Below, piece after piece: positions 11,560-20,272 of a stretch of DNA of 50,996 bases (the stretch's first letter is position 1; each line of letters opens with the position of its first letter). A program made the translations under genes and the position numbers. The notes below the pieces were generated by a model that saw only the letters and a list, made by a program, of their open reading frames with translations, searched no databases and was not told the origin of the DNA. The stretch covers positions 1-50,996 of the forward strand of contig JALSLT010000059.1 of assembly GCA_026988135.1 (NCBI GenBank), written 5' to 3'. Source of the DNA: Desulfurobacterium sp. (GTDB lineage: Bacteria; Aquificota; Aquificia; Desulfurobacteriales; Desulfurobacteriaceae).

Positions 11560-12590
11560 GTGGCAAAAGTATTTATAAGTCATTCCGTAAAAGATAAAGA
11601 ATTAGCTAATGCTATGGTTGATTTACTTCAGACAGGAATTGGAATTAATACAAATGACATTTTCTGCTCATCCGTAGAGGGATTAGGTATTCCTGGAGGA
11701 GCAAATTTCATAAAGATAAGCTATCTGGGACAGAAGTAGTTATTCTACTTTTGACTCCTAACTATAAATATAGCGTTTTTTGTAACTGCGAATTAGGAGC
11801 ATCTTGGGCTTTAGAGATTAAGGTATTGCCTTTGTTGGTTCCTTCTTTAGATTATTCAGATATGGAGGCTGTACTTACTGGGATTCAAGCATACAAAATT
11901 GATGTCCCTACGGATTTATCAGACATGAGGGATTGGCTTGTAGAAAAGTTAGATATTAAGGAACCTACTAAAACAGCAAGATGGGAAGTAAAAAGAGATG
12001 CTTTTACAGAAAAGATTAAGTCCCTTTTGAAAGAATTAGTATATCCGGTTGTTGGTATAGAAAAACATTATTCTCTATATAAAAAATACAGAGAAAGTTT
12101 AAAAATGATTGAAGAATTGGAACAAGAGATAAAGAAAAAAAATGAATTATTAGAGCAATTAAAAAAAGCAAAAAGCAGAGAAGAAGTGGATAAAATACTC
12201 TTGGATTCTATAAAGGATGAATGGGAAAAGTTTAAAAAGTTAGTTTCTGTTGCAAAGCAGTCCCTTAAAGATGTAAGTTCTATTGTACGGAAAACTATTT
12301 ATAAACATTACAGAAAGGAAAAATTTGAACCTGAATTTTTGGATTCTTGGGGGTGTCCCGAGCTTGAAGATGCTATTGAGAGAAACCTGATAATATGCTC
12401 CGATGATATGGAATGTGAGATAAATCTTTCCGATCCACGTATTGAGGAAATTATTAAAAAAATAGATGACTTAAAAAACTTCTTATTAGAAGAGGAAATA
12501 TCAGAAGATTTCTTCGAGTTATATAGAAAAAAGTATAAGCATAACCCTGATTTTCTATCTAAAGACTTTTGGGAGGAACATCTGTTTTGA
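11560..12590 (+). pseudogene. TIR-domain protein (TIR_2 + coiled coil + unknown C-terminal domain) split by a -1 frameshift near 11703-11712
   Basis: GTG 11560 after GGGGGAA reads MAKVFISHSVKDKELANAMVDLLQTGIG...IFCSSVEGLGIPGGANF and stops at TAG 11737-11739. The -1 frame continues KDKLSGTEVVILLLTPNYKYSVFCNCELGASW into ORF 11751..12590. Joined, these give a complete TIR domain with the catalytic Glu. Confidence 0.85.
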
Positions 12591-12638
12591 GAAAGATTCC
12601 TAATTCAATATTTTTTTTGCATTAATCACCACTTGATT

Positions 12639-12669
12639 AACAATAAGCTCTATAGAGCTTATTGTTTTT
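12639..12669 (+). terminator. perfect 28-bp palindrome with T-tract after the TIR gene
   Basis: AACAATAAGCTCTA|TAGAGCTTATTGTT (12639-12666), followed by TTT. Confidence 0.55.
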
Positions 12670-12756
12670 CTATTTTTAAATAAAACAAACATTTTGGCTT
12701 TTATCGTTTTTCTTTTAAGAGTATTAGAACTTGATGGAATTTCTAAAAAGAGCTAA

Positions 12757-12772
12757 TATAATAGTACTATTA
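12757..12772 (+). promoter_or_regulatory. -10 box and palindromic operator of the second TA module
   Basis: TATAAT 12757-12762 overlaps the perfect palindrome TAATAGTACTATTA (12759-12772), upstream of the GGAGGAG RBS. Confidence 0.5.
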
Positions 12773-12792
12773 AAAGTGCTATTGGAGGAGCT

Positions 12793-13041
12793 ATGATTAT
12801 AGCTGCTAACGATTTGAAAAGAAAGGGTATTTCTTATATTTCTCACCTTCTTGAGGAGTTTGGGGATGTTTTTATTTCTGTTAGAGGAAAGAAAAGATAT
12901 GTAGTTCTCAAGATAGAGGACTATGAAAGACTGAAGGAGTTTGAGCTCGAACATGCAATAAGAGAAGCAGAGAAGGATTTAAAAGAAGGTAAATATATTG
13001 TTGAAACGGCAGAGGAACACTTCAAAAGGTTAGGAATTTGA
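12793..13041 (+). CDS. type II TA antitoxin, Phd/YefM family
   Basis: IIAANDLKRKG...VFISVRGKKRYVVLKIEDYE Phd-like N-terminus, acidic C-terminus, 4-nt overlap with the toxin gene. Confidence 0.8.
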   Translation: MIIAANDLKRKGISYISHLLEEFGDVFISVRGKKRYVVLKIEDYERLKEFELEHAIREAEKDLKEGKYIVETAEEHFKRLGI

Positions 13042-13313
13042 ATAGATACAAACTGATTTTCACAGAGAGTTATTTAAAACGGGAAAAGAAATTTCTTAAA
13101 AAACATCCAAAGTTGATAAGACGATACAAGAAGATACTTAGATTACTTGAATTGAATCCTAACCATCCATCTCTTAGGCTTCACAAGTTAAAAGGTAAAC
13201 TTGAAGATAAATACTCTGTTTCAATCACTATGAGTTATAGGATAATTCTAACGTTTGCTGTAATTGAAAAAGGAATCATTCTGATTGATATAGGAAGTCA
13301 TGACGTTTATTAA
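13038..13313 (+). CDS. type II TA toxin, RelE/StbE superfamily
   Basis: Basic 91-aa protein; HPSLRLHKLKGKL, YSVSITMSYRIIL, IDIGSHD. Confidence 0.85.
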   Translation: MNRYKLIFTESYLKREKKFLKKHPKLIRRYKKILRLLELNPNHPSLRLHKLKGKLEDKYSVSITMSYRIILTFAVIEKGIILIDIGSHDVY

Positions 13314-13497
13314 CTTAAAGGTTGCTTATAGCAAGGTATTTCAATGATAGTGTGTATTTTGTTAAACTATTAAATCCTTTATTATACTTAAGATGAATGT
13401 AAAATAAATTATGGCATTGTTTTACAGTTTTTTTATCTTGCAAGGTTGTTTTGAAGCTATAAATTCAAATTAAATAACTATATAAACCGGAGGGTCT

Positions 13498-14076
13498 ATG
13501 AAGCAGGTTATTGAAAATCTTGCAAAAGCGTTTGCCGGGGAAAGTCAGGCAAGGAACAGATACACATTTTATGCAAATGTTGCGAAGAAAGAAGGTTACG
13601 AGAAGGTTATGGAGGTGTTTCTCTTAACGGCGGAGCAGGAGAGGGAGCATGCCAAATGGCTTATGAGACTTATCAATGTTCTTAAGAAAAAGTGCGATGA
13701 AACTTTTGATGTTATAAATATTGAGGCAGAAGTCCCTACGATTTTGGGTAATACGGTTGAGAATTTAAAAGCTGCTATAGCCGGAGAAAACTATGAGCAT
13801 ACACAGATGTATCCTGAATTTGCCGATATAGCTGAAAAGGAAGGATACAAAGATATTGCAGATAGATTGAGAGCTATAGCTGTTGCTGAAAAGCACCACG
13901 AAGAGAGATTCAAAAAGCTACTGGAAGAGATAGAGGGTGGCACAATTTTCAAGAAAGAAGAAAAAGTTTTTTGGACCTGTATGAAGTGTGGTTATGTACA
14001 TGAAGGGAAAGAGCCACCTGATGTTTGTCCATCCTGTAGTCATCCGAAAGGCTATTTTGAAGTCAAAGATTGTTAA
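13498..14076 (+). CDS. rbr: rubrerythrin
   Basis: [27 protein letters not shown] diiron motifs and C-terminal CxxC...CxxC rubredoxin domain. Confidence 0.95.
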   Translation: MKQVIENLAKAFAGESQARNRYTFYANVAKKEGYEKVMEVFLLTAEQEREHAKWLMRLINVLKKKCDETFDVINIEAEVPTILGNTVENLKAAIAGENYEHTQMYPEFADIAEKEGYKDIADRLRAIAVAEKHHEERFKKLLEEIEGGTIFKKEEKVFWTCMKCGYVHEGKEPPDVCPSCSHPKGYFEVKDC

Positions 14077-14084
14077 TTTAAGGT

Positions 14085-14100
14085 GGGGCGGCTTTGCCCC
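14085..14100. terminator. hairpin between convergent rbr and aminotransferase genes
   Basis: GGGGC-GGCTTT-GCCCC, followed on + by CTTATTTT. Confidence 0.55.
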
Positions 14101-14101
14101 C

Positions 14102-15217
14102 TTATTTTAAAAGTTTTTTGATTCTTTCCACACCTTCCTTTAAGTGGTCTATATTCCTTGTATATGCGAATCTTATGTAGGATTTGGTGTTGTTCGTGCC
14201 AAAATCAATCCCCGGTGTTACGGCTACATGAATCTTTTCAAGTAACTCTTTAACAAAGTTAAAGGAATTGTTATGATATTTAGAGATGTTTGCCCATATA
14301 TAAAAAGCTCCTTCGGGCTTTGCTTCTATTTCAAATATTTCGGATAGTTCGTTGAAAAGGAAATCCCTTCGTTTTTTGAAGGTTTCTTTAACATTTTCCA
14401 GATGTTTTTTGTTAAATGCTCCTAAGGCTGCATACTGGCTTATTGTGGGAGCACTTATAAAAAAGTTTTGAAGGATTATTTCCGCTTTTCTCATATATTT
14501 TTTTGGAAGAATCATCCATCCCAATCTGAAACCGGGCATACAGAAATATTTTGAAAAACTGTTTACAACTATACTATTTTCCGAAAATTCAAGAGCTGTA
14601 TGTTCTTTTTTATCATAAACCAGTCCATGGTATATTTCGTCGGATATAAAGTGAACTCCCATCTCGTCTGCTGTTTCAATTAAAGATTTAAAATTTTTTC
14701 TATCGTAGATATTTCCTATAGGATTTGATGGAGAAGGAATATGGATAGCTTTTATGTTTTTGTGTTTTTTTAACATTTCTGGGGTTAGTTGGTAGTTTGT
14801 TGAGCTATCTATAGGTTCAAAAATAGGTTTAATATCAAGTACTTTTGCAAAGTTTTTGTAACACGGATATGACGGGTCTGTTAAAAGCAGTTTTTCATTA
14901 AAATCAAGAAGTATAGAGTAGGCGACCAGGAATGCTCCGGAAGTTCCCGATGTTATTGCTATCTGTTCAGGGGAAATTTCTATTCTGTATTTTTCGTAAT
15001 AAAATTCTGCTATTTTTTCTCTTAAAGCAATAAGGCCAAGACTTTCAGTATATTCTGTTCTTCTGTCTCTAATAGCTTTCTCGGCGTATTCCCACACCTG
15101 AGGAGGCGGTTGAAGGTCAGGTTGACCGACTTCAAAATGGATAGTGTCTTTATACTGTTGAGCTTCTCTAACGATATCCATTACAATAAATGGTGTAACT
15201 CCGTCAAATCTTTTCAT
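14102..15217 (-). CDS. PLP-dependent aminotransferase class I/II (aspartate aminotransferase family)
   Basis: GQPD, SPSNPIG, SDEIYHGL, NSFSKYFCMPGFRLGW, PEGAFY. Confidence 0.92.
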   Translation of the reverse strand: MKRFDGVTPFIVMDIVREAQQYKDTIHFEVGQPDLQPPPQVWEYAEKAIRDRRTEYTESLGLIALREKIAEFYYEKYRIEISPEQIAITSGTSGAFLVAYSILLDFNEKLLLTDPSYPCYKNFAKVLDIKPIFEPIDSSTNYQLTPEMLKKHKNIKAIHIPSPSNPIGNIYDRKNFKSLIETADEMGVHFISDEIYHGLVYDKKEHTALEFSENSIVVNSFSKYFCMPGFRLGWMILPKKYMRKAEIILQNFFISAPTISQYAALGAFNKKHLENVKETFKKRRDFLFNELSEIFEIEAKPEGAFYIWANISKYHNNSFNFVKELLEKIHVAVTPGIDFGTNNTKSYIRFAYTRNIDHLKEGVERIKKLLK

Positions 15218-17454
15218 CGAAATCCTCCTGCAACTATTTGTCCCAGAGATATACCTCCATCATTTGCGGGAACTATCTGGTGAGTGTAAACTACGAACTC
15301 TTCATTTTTTAGTAGTTGAATCGCTTTTTCCGTTATCAGGCGATTCTGAAATACTCCTCCCGATAAAGCTACTCGGTTTGTTTTTCTCTCATTTCTCAAT
15401 TTTTTTGCTATTTTTAATATTAAATGGGCAACTGTATTATGAAATTTTCTTGCTATCAGAGAATTTGGAATTCCAATTTTCTTATCTTTCAATATGTTTT
15501 CTATTAAAGGTGTCCAGTCGATTTCCTTTCCTGAAATTTTGAAATTGTAAATTTCTTCAGTTTCTCCTTTTATGGCCGCTTGTTCAAGAAGTATGGCACC
15601 TTGAGCATGGTATGACACCGTATCTCTTATTCCGATAAGGGCGCATATTCCGTCAAAAAGTCTTCCCATGCTGGAGGACAAAGGTGAGTTTATCTCTTTC
15701 TCTATCATCTGTTTTAGAAATTTTTCTTTCTCTTTTCCTATGAAGGTGGAATTGGATTTTATATTTCCGGTATGGCATAGTGAAAATGCCACTCTGTAAG
15801 GTTCTTTAACCGCTTTTTCTCCGCCGGGAAGCGGAAATGCTTTTAAGTGAAAAACTCTTTCATATTTTTGATAATCAAGAATGAAAACCTCTCCTCCCCA
15901 GATTGTTTTATCATCTCCGTAGCCTGTTCCGTCAAATGCGAATCCTATAACTTCTTTATCGGGTTCGATTTCATTTTCCGCAAGGCATGATAAAAGGTGA
16001 GTATAATGGTGTTGAACTTTTATCAATTTGTCTTTATAGTGTCTTTTTCCGTATTTGGTTGAGTAATATCCTGGATGTTTATCACATACTACAATTTCAG
16101 GATTGATGTCAAAAAGCGTTAGGAAATCTTTTACGGTTTCTTCATAAAATTCAATCGATAGGGGTGTCTCAAGTTCTCCAATGTGTTGAGAAATGAAAAC
16201 TTTGTCATCAATTCCAACGGCTATGGTGTTTTTCATAAATGGCCCTAGTGCAAGAACCTGCCTTTTTAGTTTGAAAGGTAGTGTAACCGGAAGAGGGGCA
16301 AATCCTCTGGAGCGTCTTATCGGAGAAGGTTTTTTAGTGATAATTCTTATAACGGAATCATCACATCTTCTTTTTATCGGTCTATTATGGGTTAAAAAAT
16401 AGTCAGCTATAGAGTTGAGTTTTTTTATCGCTTCCCTATTATCTTTTATTATCGGGTTGTCTGTTACGTTGGCACTTGTTGCAACTATCGGTTTTTTAAA
16501 AAGCTTTAGGATAAGGTAATGGAGTGGTGTGTATGGAAGAAATGCGCCTATGGTGCTGTTTTCCGGTGCTACGGACTTAGCAAGGTTGTAGTTTTCATTT
16601 TTTTCAAGAATTACTATGGGTTTCTCTACCGATGTTAGAGCTCTCTCTTCGAGAAGAGAAACAGAAGCCAGTTGCTTAACGGAATCGATGTTTTCAAACA
16701 TTACCGCAAAAGGTTTCTCTTCTCGATTTTTTCGCTTCCTAAGAAGTTTAACACTTTCTTCGTTGGTTGCATCACAGATAAGGTGAAATCCTCCAAGACC
16801 TTTTATAGCAAGGATTTTGCCATTGTCGAGAAACTTTGCCGCTTCTTTTAAGGCTTTTTCCTTTTTTGAAATCTCATTTCCTTTATTATCGGTAAGAGTA
16901 ATATATGGGCCGCATTGAGAACAGGCGTTAGGTTGAGCGTGAAATCGTCTATTTTTCGGGTTGTTGTATTCGTCTTTGCATAAGGAGCACATCCGGAAAA
17001 TTTTCATGGTTGTATTTTTTCTATCATAGGGGAGTTTTTCTATAATGGTAAATCTGGGGCCGCAGTTTGTGCAGTTTGTGAATGGATATAAATATCTTCT
17101 GTCGTTAGGGTTTTCAACTTCCGATATACACTCTTTACATGTTGCAAGGTCAGGAAGAATAAGGGCTTTTTTTTCTCCGTGTTCGTTACTTTTTCTTATT
17201 TCGAAATTTTGGTGTCCGATATCTTCAAGGAATTTATATTCAAGACTGTAAATTCTTGAGATGGGTGGTTTTTCTTTATCTATTTTTATTAGGAATTCTC
17301 TGATTTTTTCGTTGTTCCCTTCAGCTTCTATAACGACTCCGGATGGATTATTAAGGACGTATCCTTTAAGGTTAAGGGACGTTGCGAGATTGTAAATAAA
17401 AGGGCGAAAGCCGACACCTTGAATAGTTCCTGTTATATTTATTTTAACTCGCAT
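15214..17454 (-). CDS. hypF: [NiFe]-hydrogenase maturation carbamoyltransferase
   Basis: Acylphosphatase domain (QGVGFRPF), zinc fingers (CTNCGPR, HAQPNAC), KGLGGFHL, QHHYTH, DGTGYG, NDGGISLGQ. Confidence 0.97.
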   Translation of the reverse strand: MRVKINITGTIQGVGFRPFIYNLATSLNLKGYVLNNPSGVVIEAEGNNEKIREFLIKIDKEKPPISRIYSLEYKFLEDIGHQNFEIRKSNEHGEKKALILPDLATCKECISEVENPNDRRYLYPFTNCTNCGPRFTIIEKLPYDRKNTTMKIFRMCSLCKDEYNNPKNRRFHAQPNACSQCGPYITLTDNKGNEISKKEKALKEAAKFLDNGKILAIKGLGGFHLICDATNEESVKLLRKRKNREEKPFAVMFENIDSVKQLASVSLLEERALTSVEKPIVILEKNENYNLAKSVAPENSTIGAFLPYTPLHYLILKLFKKPIVATSANVTDNPIIKDNREAIKKLNSIADYFLTHNRPIKRRCDDSVIRIITKKPSPIRRSRGFAPLPVTLPFKLKRQVLALGPFMKNTIAVGIDDKVFISQHIGELETPLSIEFYEETVKDFLTLFDINPEIVVCDKHPGYYSTKYGKRHYKDKLIKVQHHYTHLLSCLAENEIEPDKEVIGFAFDGTGYGDDKTIWGGEVFILDYQKYERVFHLKAFPLPGGEKAVKEPYRVAFSLCHTGNIKSNSTFIGKEKEKFLKQMIEKEINSPLSSSMGRLFDGICALIGIRDTVSYHAQGAILLEQAAIKGETEEIYNFKISGKEIDWTPLIENILKDKKIGIPNSLIARKFHNTVAHLILKIAKKLRNERKTNRVALSGGVFQNRLITEKAIQLLKNEEFVVYTHQIVPANDGGISLGQIVAGGFR

Positions 17455-18227
17455 AAATCTCCCGATTTTATTTGATAAGGATAATCATTATAATAAACTT
17501 TCATTAAGTATAATCCTTCGGCAGGAGCAAGGAAAGGGGCAGATTTTCGGTTTTTTTCTGCGAATATTCGTGGGATTGCTTCTAAGGGTATTTTACCCAT
17601 GGAAATTTTAACGCAAGTGGCAACGATTACTCTTATCATGTGTCTTAAAAAGGAACGTCCCGTTATTGTAACTGATATCAGGTTTTTTTCTCTTTCTGTT
17701 GTAATTTTATCTACTGTTCTTATAGGATTTATTTCTTCATCTTTTGAAATTTTTGAAAAAGTTGTGAAATCGTGAGTTCCCGTGAAGTAGTTTAAAGCGT
17801 TTTGAAGGGTTTCGATATCTAAAGCCTGAGGAATAAACCATGCTCTCTTTTGTTTGAAAGGAGAAGAGGTGTTTCTGTTGAAGATTTTATATACGTATGT
17901 TTTTCCTTTTGAATCAAATCTTGCGTGAAAGTTGAGCGGAGCCTCTTCCGCTTTTATAACCTTGATATCGGGAGGAAGATAACCGTTTAAAGCTCTTTGT
18001 AATTTGTAGAGGGGGATGTTTTTATAAGTTCTAAAGTTTGCAATTTGTCCCAATGCGTGAACACCTGAATCTGTTCTGCTTGCTCCGATGATGTTTATCC
18101 GGTGTTTTAAAATTTTTTCGACATTTTTTTTAAGTGTTCCTTGAACGGTTTTTGTGTGTTTCTGAATCTGCCATCCTCCGTATTCGGAACCGTCATATTC
18201 AAGTGTAAGTTTTATGTTTCTTTCCAA
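17439..18227 (-). CDS. truA: tRNA pseudouridine(38-40) synthase
   Basis: YDGSEYGGWQ, SRTDSGVHA, FHARF, GTHDF, FLRHMIR, APAEGLYL. Confidence 0.96.
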   Translation of the reverse strand: MERNIKLTLEYDGSEYGGWQIQKHTKTVQGTLKKNVEKILKHRINIIGASRTDSGVHALGQIANFRTYKNIPLYKLQRALNGYLPPDIKVIKAEEAPLNFHARFDSKGKTYVYKIFNRNTSSPFKQKRAWFIPQALDIETLQNALNYFTGTHDFTTFSKISKDEEINPIRTVDKITTEREKNLISVTITGRSFLRHMIRVIVATCVKISMGKIPLEAIPRIFAEKNRKSAPFLAPAEGLYLMKVYYNDYPYQIKSGDLCELK

Positions 18228-18463
18228 AATTTCTCCTGGTAAGTAAATTTTTCGGATAAATTTATCATAAAAATACTGTTTCTATTATTAGGGTTACTCT
18301 TAGAAGTTTAGATTTTGTTTCTCTCTTTTTTTGTTTCTGAATTTTTCCCATAATCGATAAGAGTGTTTTGTCTTTTCTTCTTTGTAAATTTTACTGTTTG
18401 GTTATATAATAGTTTTCGTTGTGGATAGGGGTTGTTTTTCAGTTTATTTAGGAGGATAGGATA

Positions 18464-20272
18464 TTGCTTCATCTGGAAGGATTGAAGCGAAAGTTTACGA
18501 TTTCTTACCATGAAAGCTTCCAGGACCTTTTTATTCCGGGTGTTATAGGTCTTTTGTGCGGATTTTTCATAATTGTTTTTGTAAAAACGGTTGAGTTCTC
18601 CTATCACATTTTTCTTGGGAAAGTTATAGGATATCATCCGCCTCTTCCTGCCGGGGAAGCCGGAGGGGCAGTTGTATTTCATTTTCTTATGGAAAGGCCT
18701 TATCTTTTGCCTTTTTGTGTTGCTTTTGGAGGTTTGATTGTAGGTGTTATTACCCATCTTGTTCCGGAAGCCAGAGGTGAAGGTACTGAGATGGCTATAA
18801 AAGCTTTTCATTTCCGACTTCCGCTTGGTTTGAAGTCGGCGGTTTTCAAGCTTATTACTTCTTCGATTACGATAGGTTCCGGTGGGGTTTCCGGAATGGA
18901 AGGACCGAGCGCTCTTATCGGTGGTAGTGTAGGCTCTTTTGTGGGAAAGCTTTTTAAGCTTGATGAGCATAATAAAAATATAGCTTTGGCTGTTGGTCTT
19001 GGAGCGGGAATAGCAGGTGTTTTTAAAGCACCCCTTGCAGGTGCTCTTCTCTCCGGTGAATTGTTTTATAAGCGAGATTTTGAGGTGGAGGCGTTAATTC
19101 CCGGTTTTATAGCGTCAGTTACATCATATATAGTAGTAGGTATATTTTTGGGTTTTGAACATATGTTTAAGGCTTCCACAAAACCTTTTACAGGCCTTTC
19201 CGTTGCTCTTTTTCTAACCTATTTTGTTATGGGTGTTCTTGCGGCGTTTGTTGCGAGAATGCTTGTTTTTACTTTTTCTAAAGTACATCACATTTTTGTT
19301 AATTTGGAGCTTCATCCGGCTTTGAAGCCTGCTATAGGCGGCTTTTTTACCGGTGTTTTAGGAATGCTTAATCCGCTGGCAATTGGAAGTGCCTATGGAT
19401 GGATTCAACTTTTGATGTTGGGTAAAACGGAATATTTAACTCCCGTTCATATTATTTTGGGAATTTTTATGGTTATTTTGGGATTGTCTTTAACTTTAGG
19501 TTCCGGTGGTTCCGGTGGTATTTTTGGTCCTTGTCTCGTTATAGGAGGATTAACAGGAGCATCTTTTTATCATTTTGCCGCTTTTTTGAATATTCTTCCT
19601 GCTTCTGAGCTTGATATTGCTTCTTTGATTATAGTGGGTATGATTGCAACGCTTGCTGCCGCTGCAAATATTCCGCTTTCCACACTTATTTTGGTTGTTG
19701 AAATTACCGGAGGCTATGACCTACTCGTTCCTTCTCTTATTTCTGTTTCTGTCGCTTATCTTTTGACGACCGATATAAGTATGTTTTCTGCTCAAGTTAA
19801 AAGTAGAATCGATTCTCCGTCACATATGGACGAATTAAAAGGAGCTTTGCTTAGGACTTTTAAGGTTGCCGATATTATGACAAAGAATGTTGTTACCCTG
19901 TTTCCGGATGACCTTGTTATAAAGGCTGAAAGGTTGATGGCTCAATATACAATTTCGGGAATTCCGGTTGTCGAGAACGGTAGAGTTATAGGTATGGTTA
20001 CAGGTAGAGATGTTATGAAAGTACCGATTACTGATAGGGAAAAAGTTAAGGTAGAACATATTATGACTAAAAATCCTGTTGCCGTTCTTCCTGAGATGTC
20101 TATTCTGGAAGTTCTTAATATCTTTATTAGCAATGGAATAGGCAGAGCTCCGGTTGTGGAGGATTTTGAGAGTAAGAATTTAATAGGTATGATTACAAGA
20201 GTGGATATAGCAAACTTTCTTGCCGAGCAGGAAAAGAAGAAGTTAAAGCAGAGTTATGATACGGCGACTTGA
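18464..20272 (+). CDS. ClC-family chloride channel/transporter with two CBS domains
   Basis: GEGTE, GMEGP, FKAPLAG and GGIFGP motifs; C-terminal CBS pair; GGAGGA RBS before TTG. Confidence 0.92.
   Translation: MLHLEGLKRKFTISYHESFQDLFIPGVIGLLCGFFIIVFVKTVEFSYHIFLGKVIGYHPPLPAGEAGGAVVFHFLMERPYLLPFCVAFGGLIVGVITHLVPEARGEGTEMAIKAFHFRLPLGLKSAVFKLITSSITIGSGGVSGMEGPSALIGGSVGSFVGKLFKLDEHNKNIALAVGLGAGIAGVFKAPLAGALLSGELFYKRDFEVEALIPGFIASVTSYIVVGIFLGFEHMFKASTKPFTGLSVALFLTYFVMGVLAAFVARMLVFTFSKVHHIFVNLELHPALKPAIGGFFTGVLGMLNPLAIGSAYGWIQLLMLGKTEYLTPVHIILGIFMVILGLSLTLGSGGSGGIFGPCLVIGGLTGASFYHFAAFLNILPASELDIASLIIVGMIATLAAAANIPLSTLILVVEITGGYDLLVPSLISVSVAYLLTTDISMFSAQVKSRIDSPSHMDELKGALLRTFKVADIMTKNVVTLFPDDLVIKAERLMAQYTISGIPVVENGRVIGMVTGRDVMKVPITDREKVKVEHIMTKNPVAVLPEMSILEVLNIFISNGIGRAPVVEDFESKNLIGMITRVDIANFLAEQEKKKLKQSYDTAT

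Noticed and set aside
12724-12954. 76-aa ORF antisense to the Phd-like antitoxin
   Set aside because: Overlaps a well-supported gene and its promoter; no evidence it is coding.
18228-18463. Possible fluoride riboswitch upstream of the ClC gene
   Set aside because: No GGCGATGGxGTTCGCC...GCTxATGAC-like core, and the protein lacks the ClC-F GNN motif.
18308-18970. 220-aa minus-strand ORF
   Set aside because: Antisense to the ClC gene. Its K/R/N-rich composition mirrors hydrophobic codons on the other strand, and it has no motifs.
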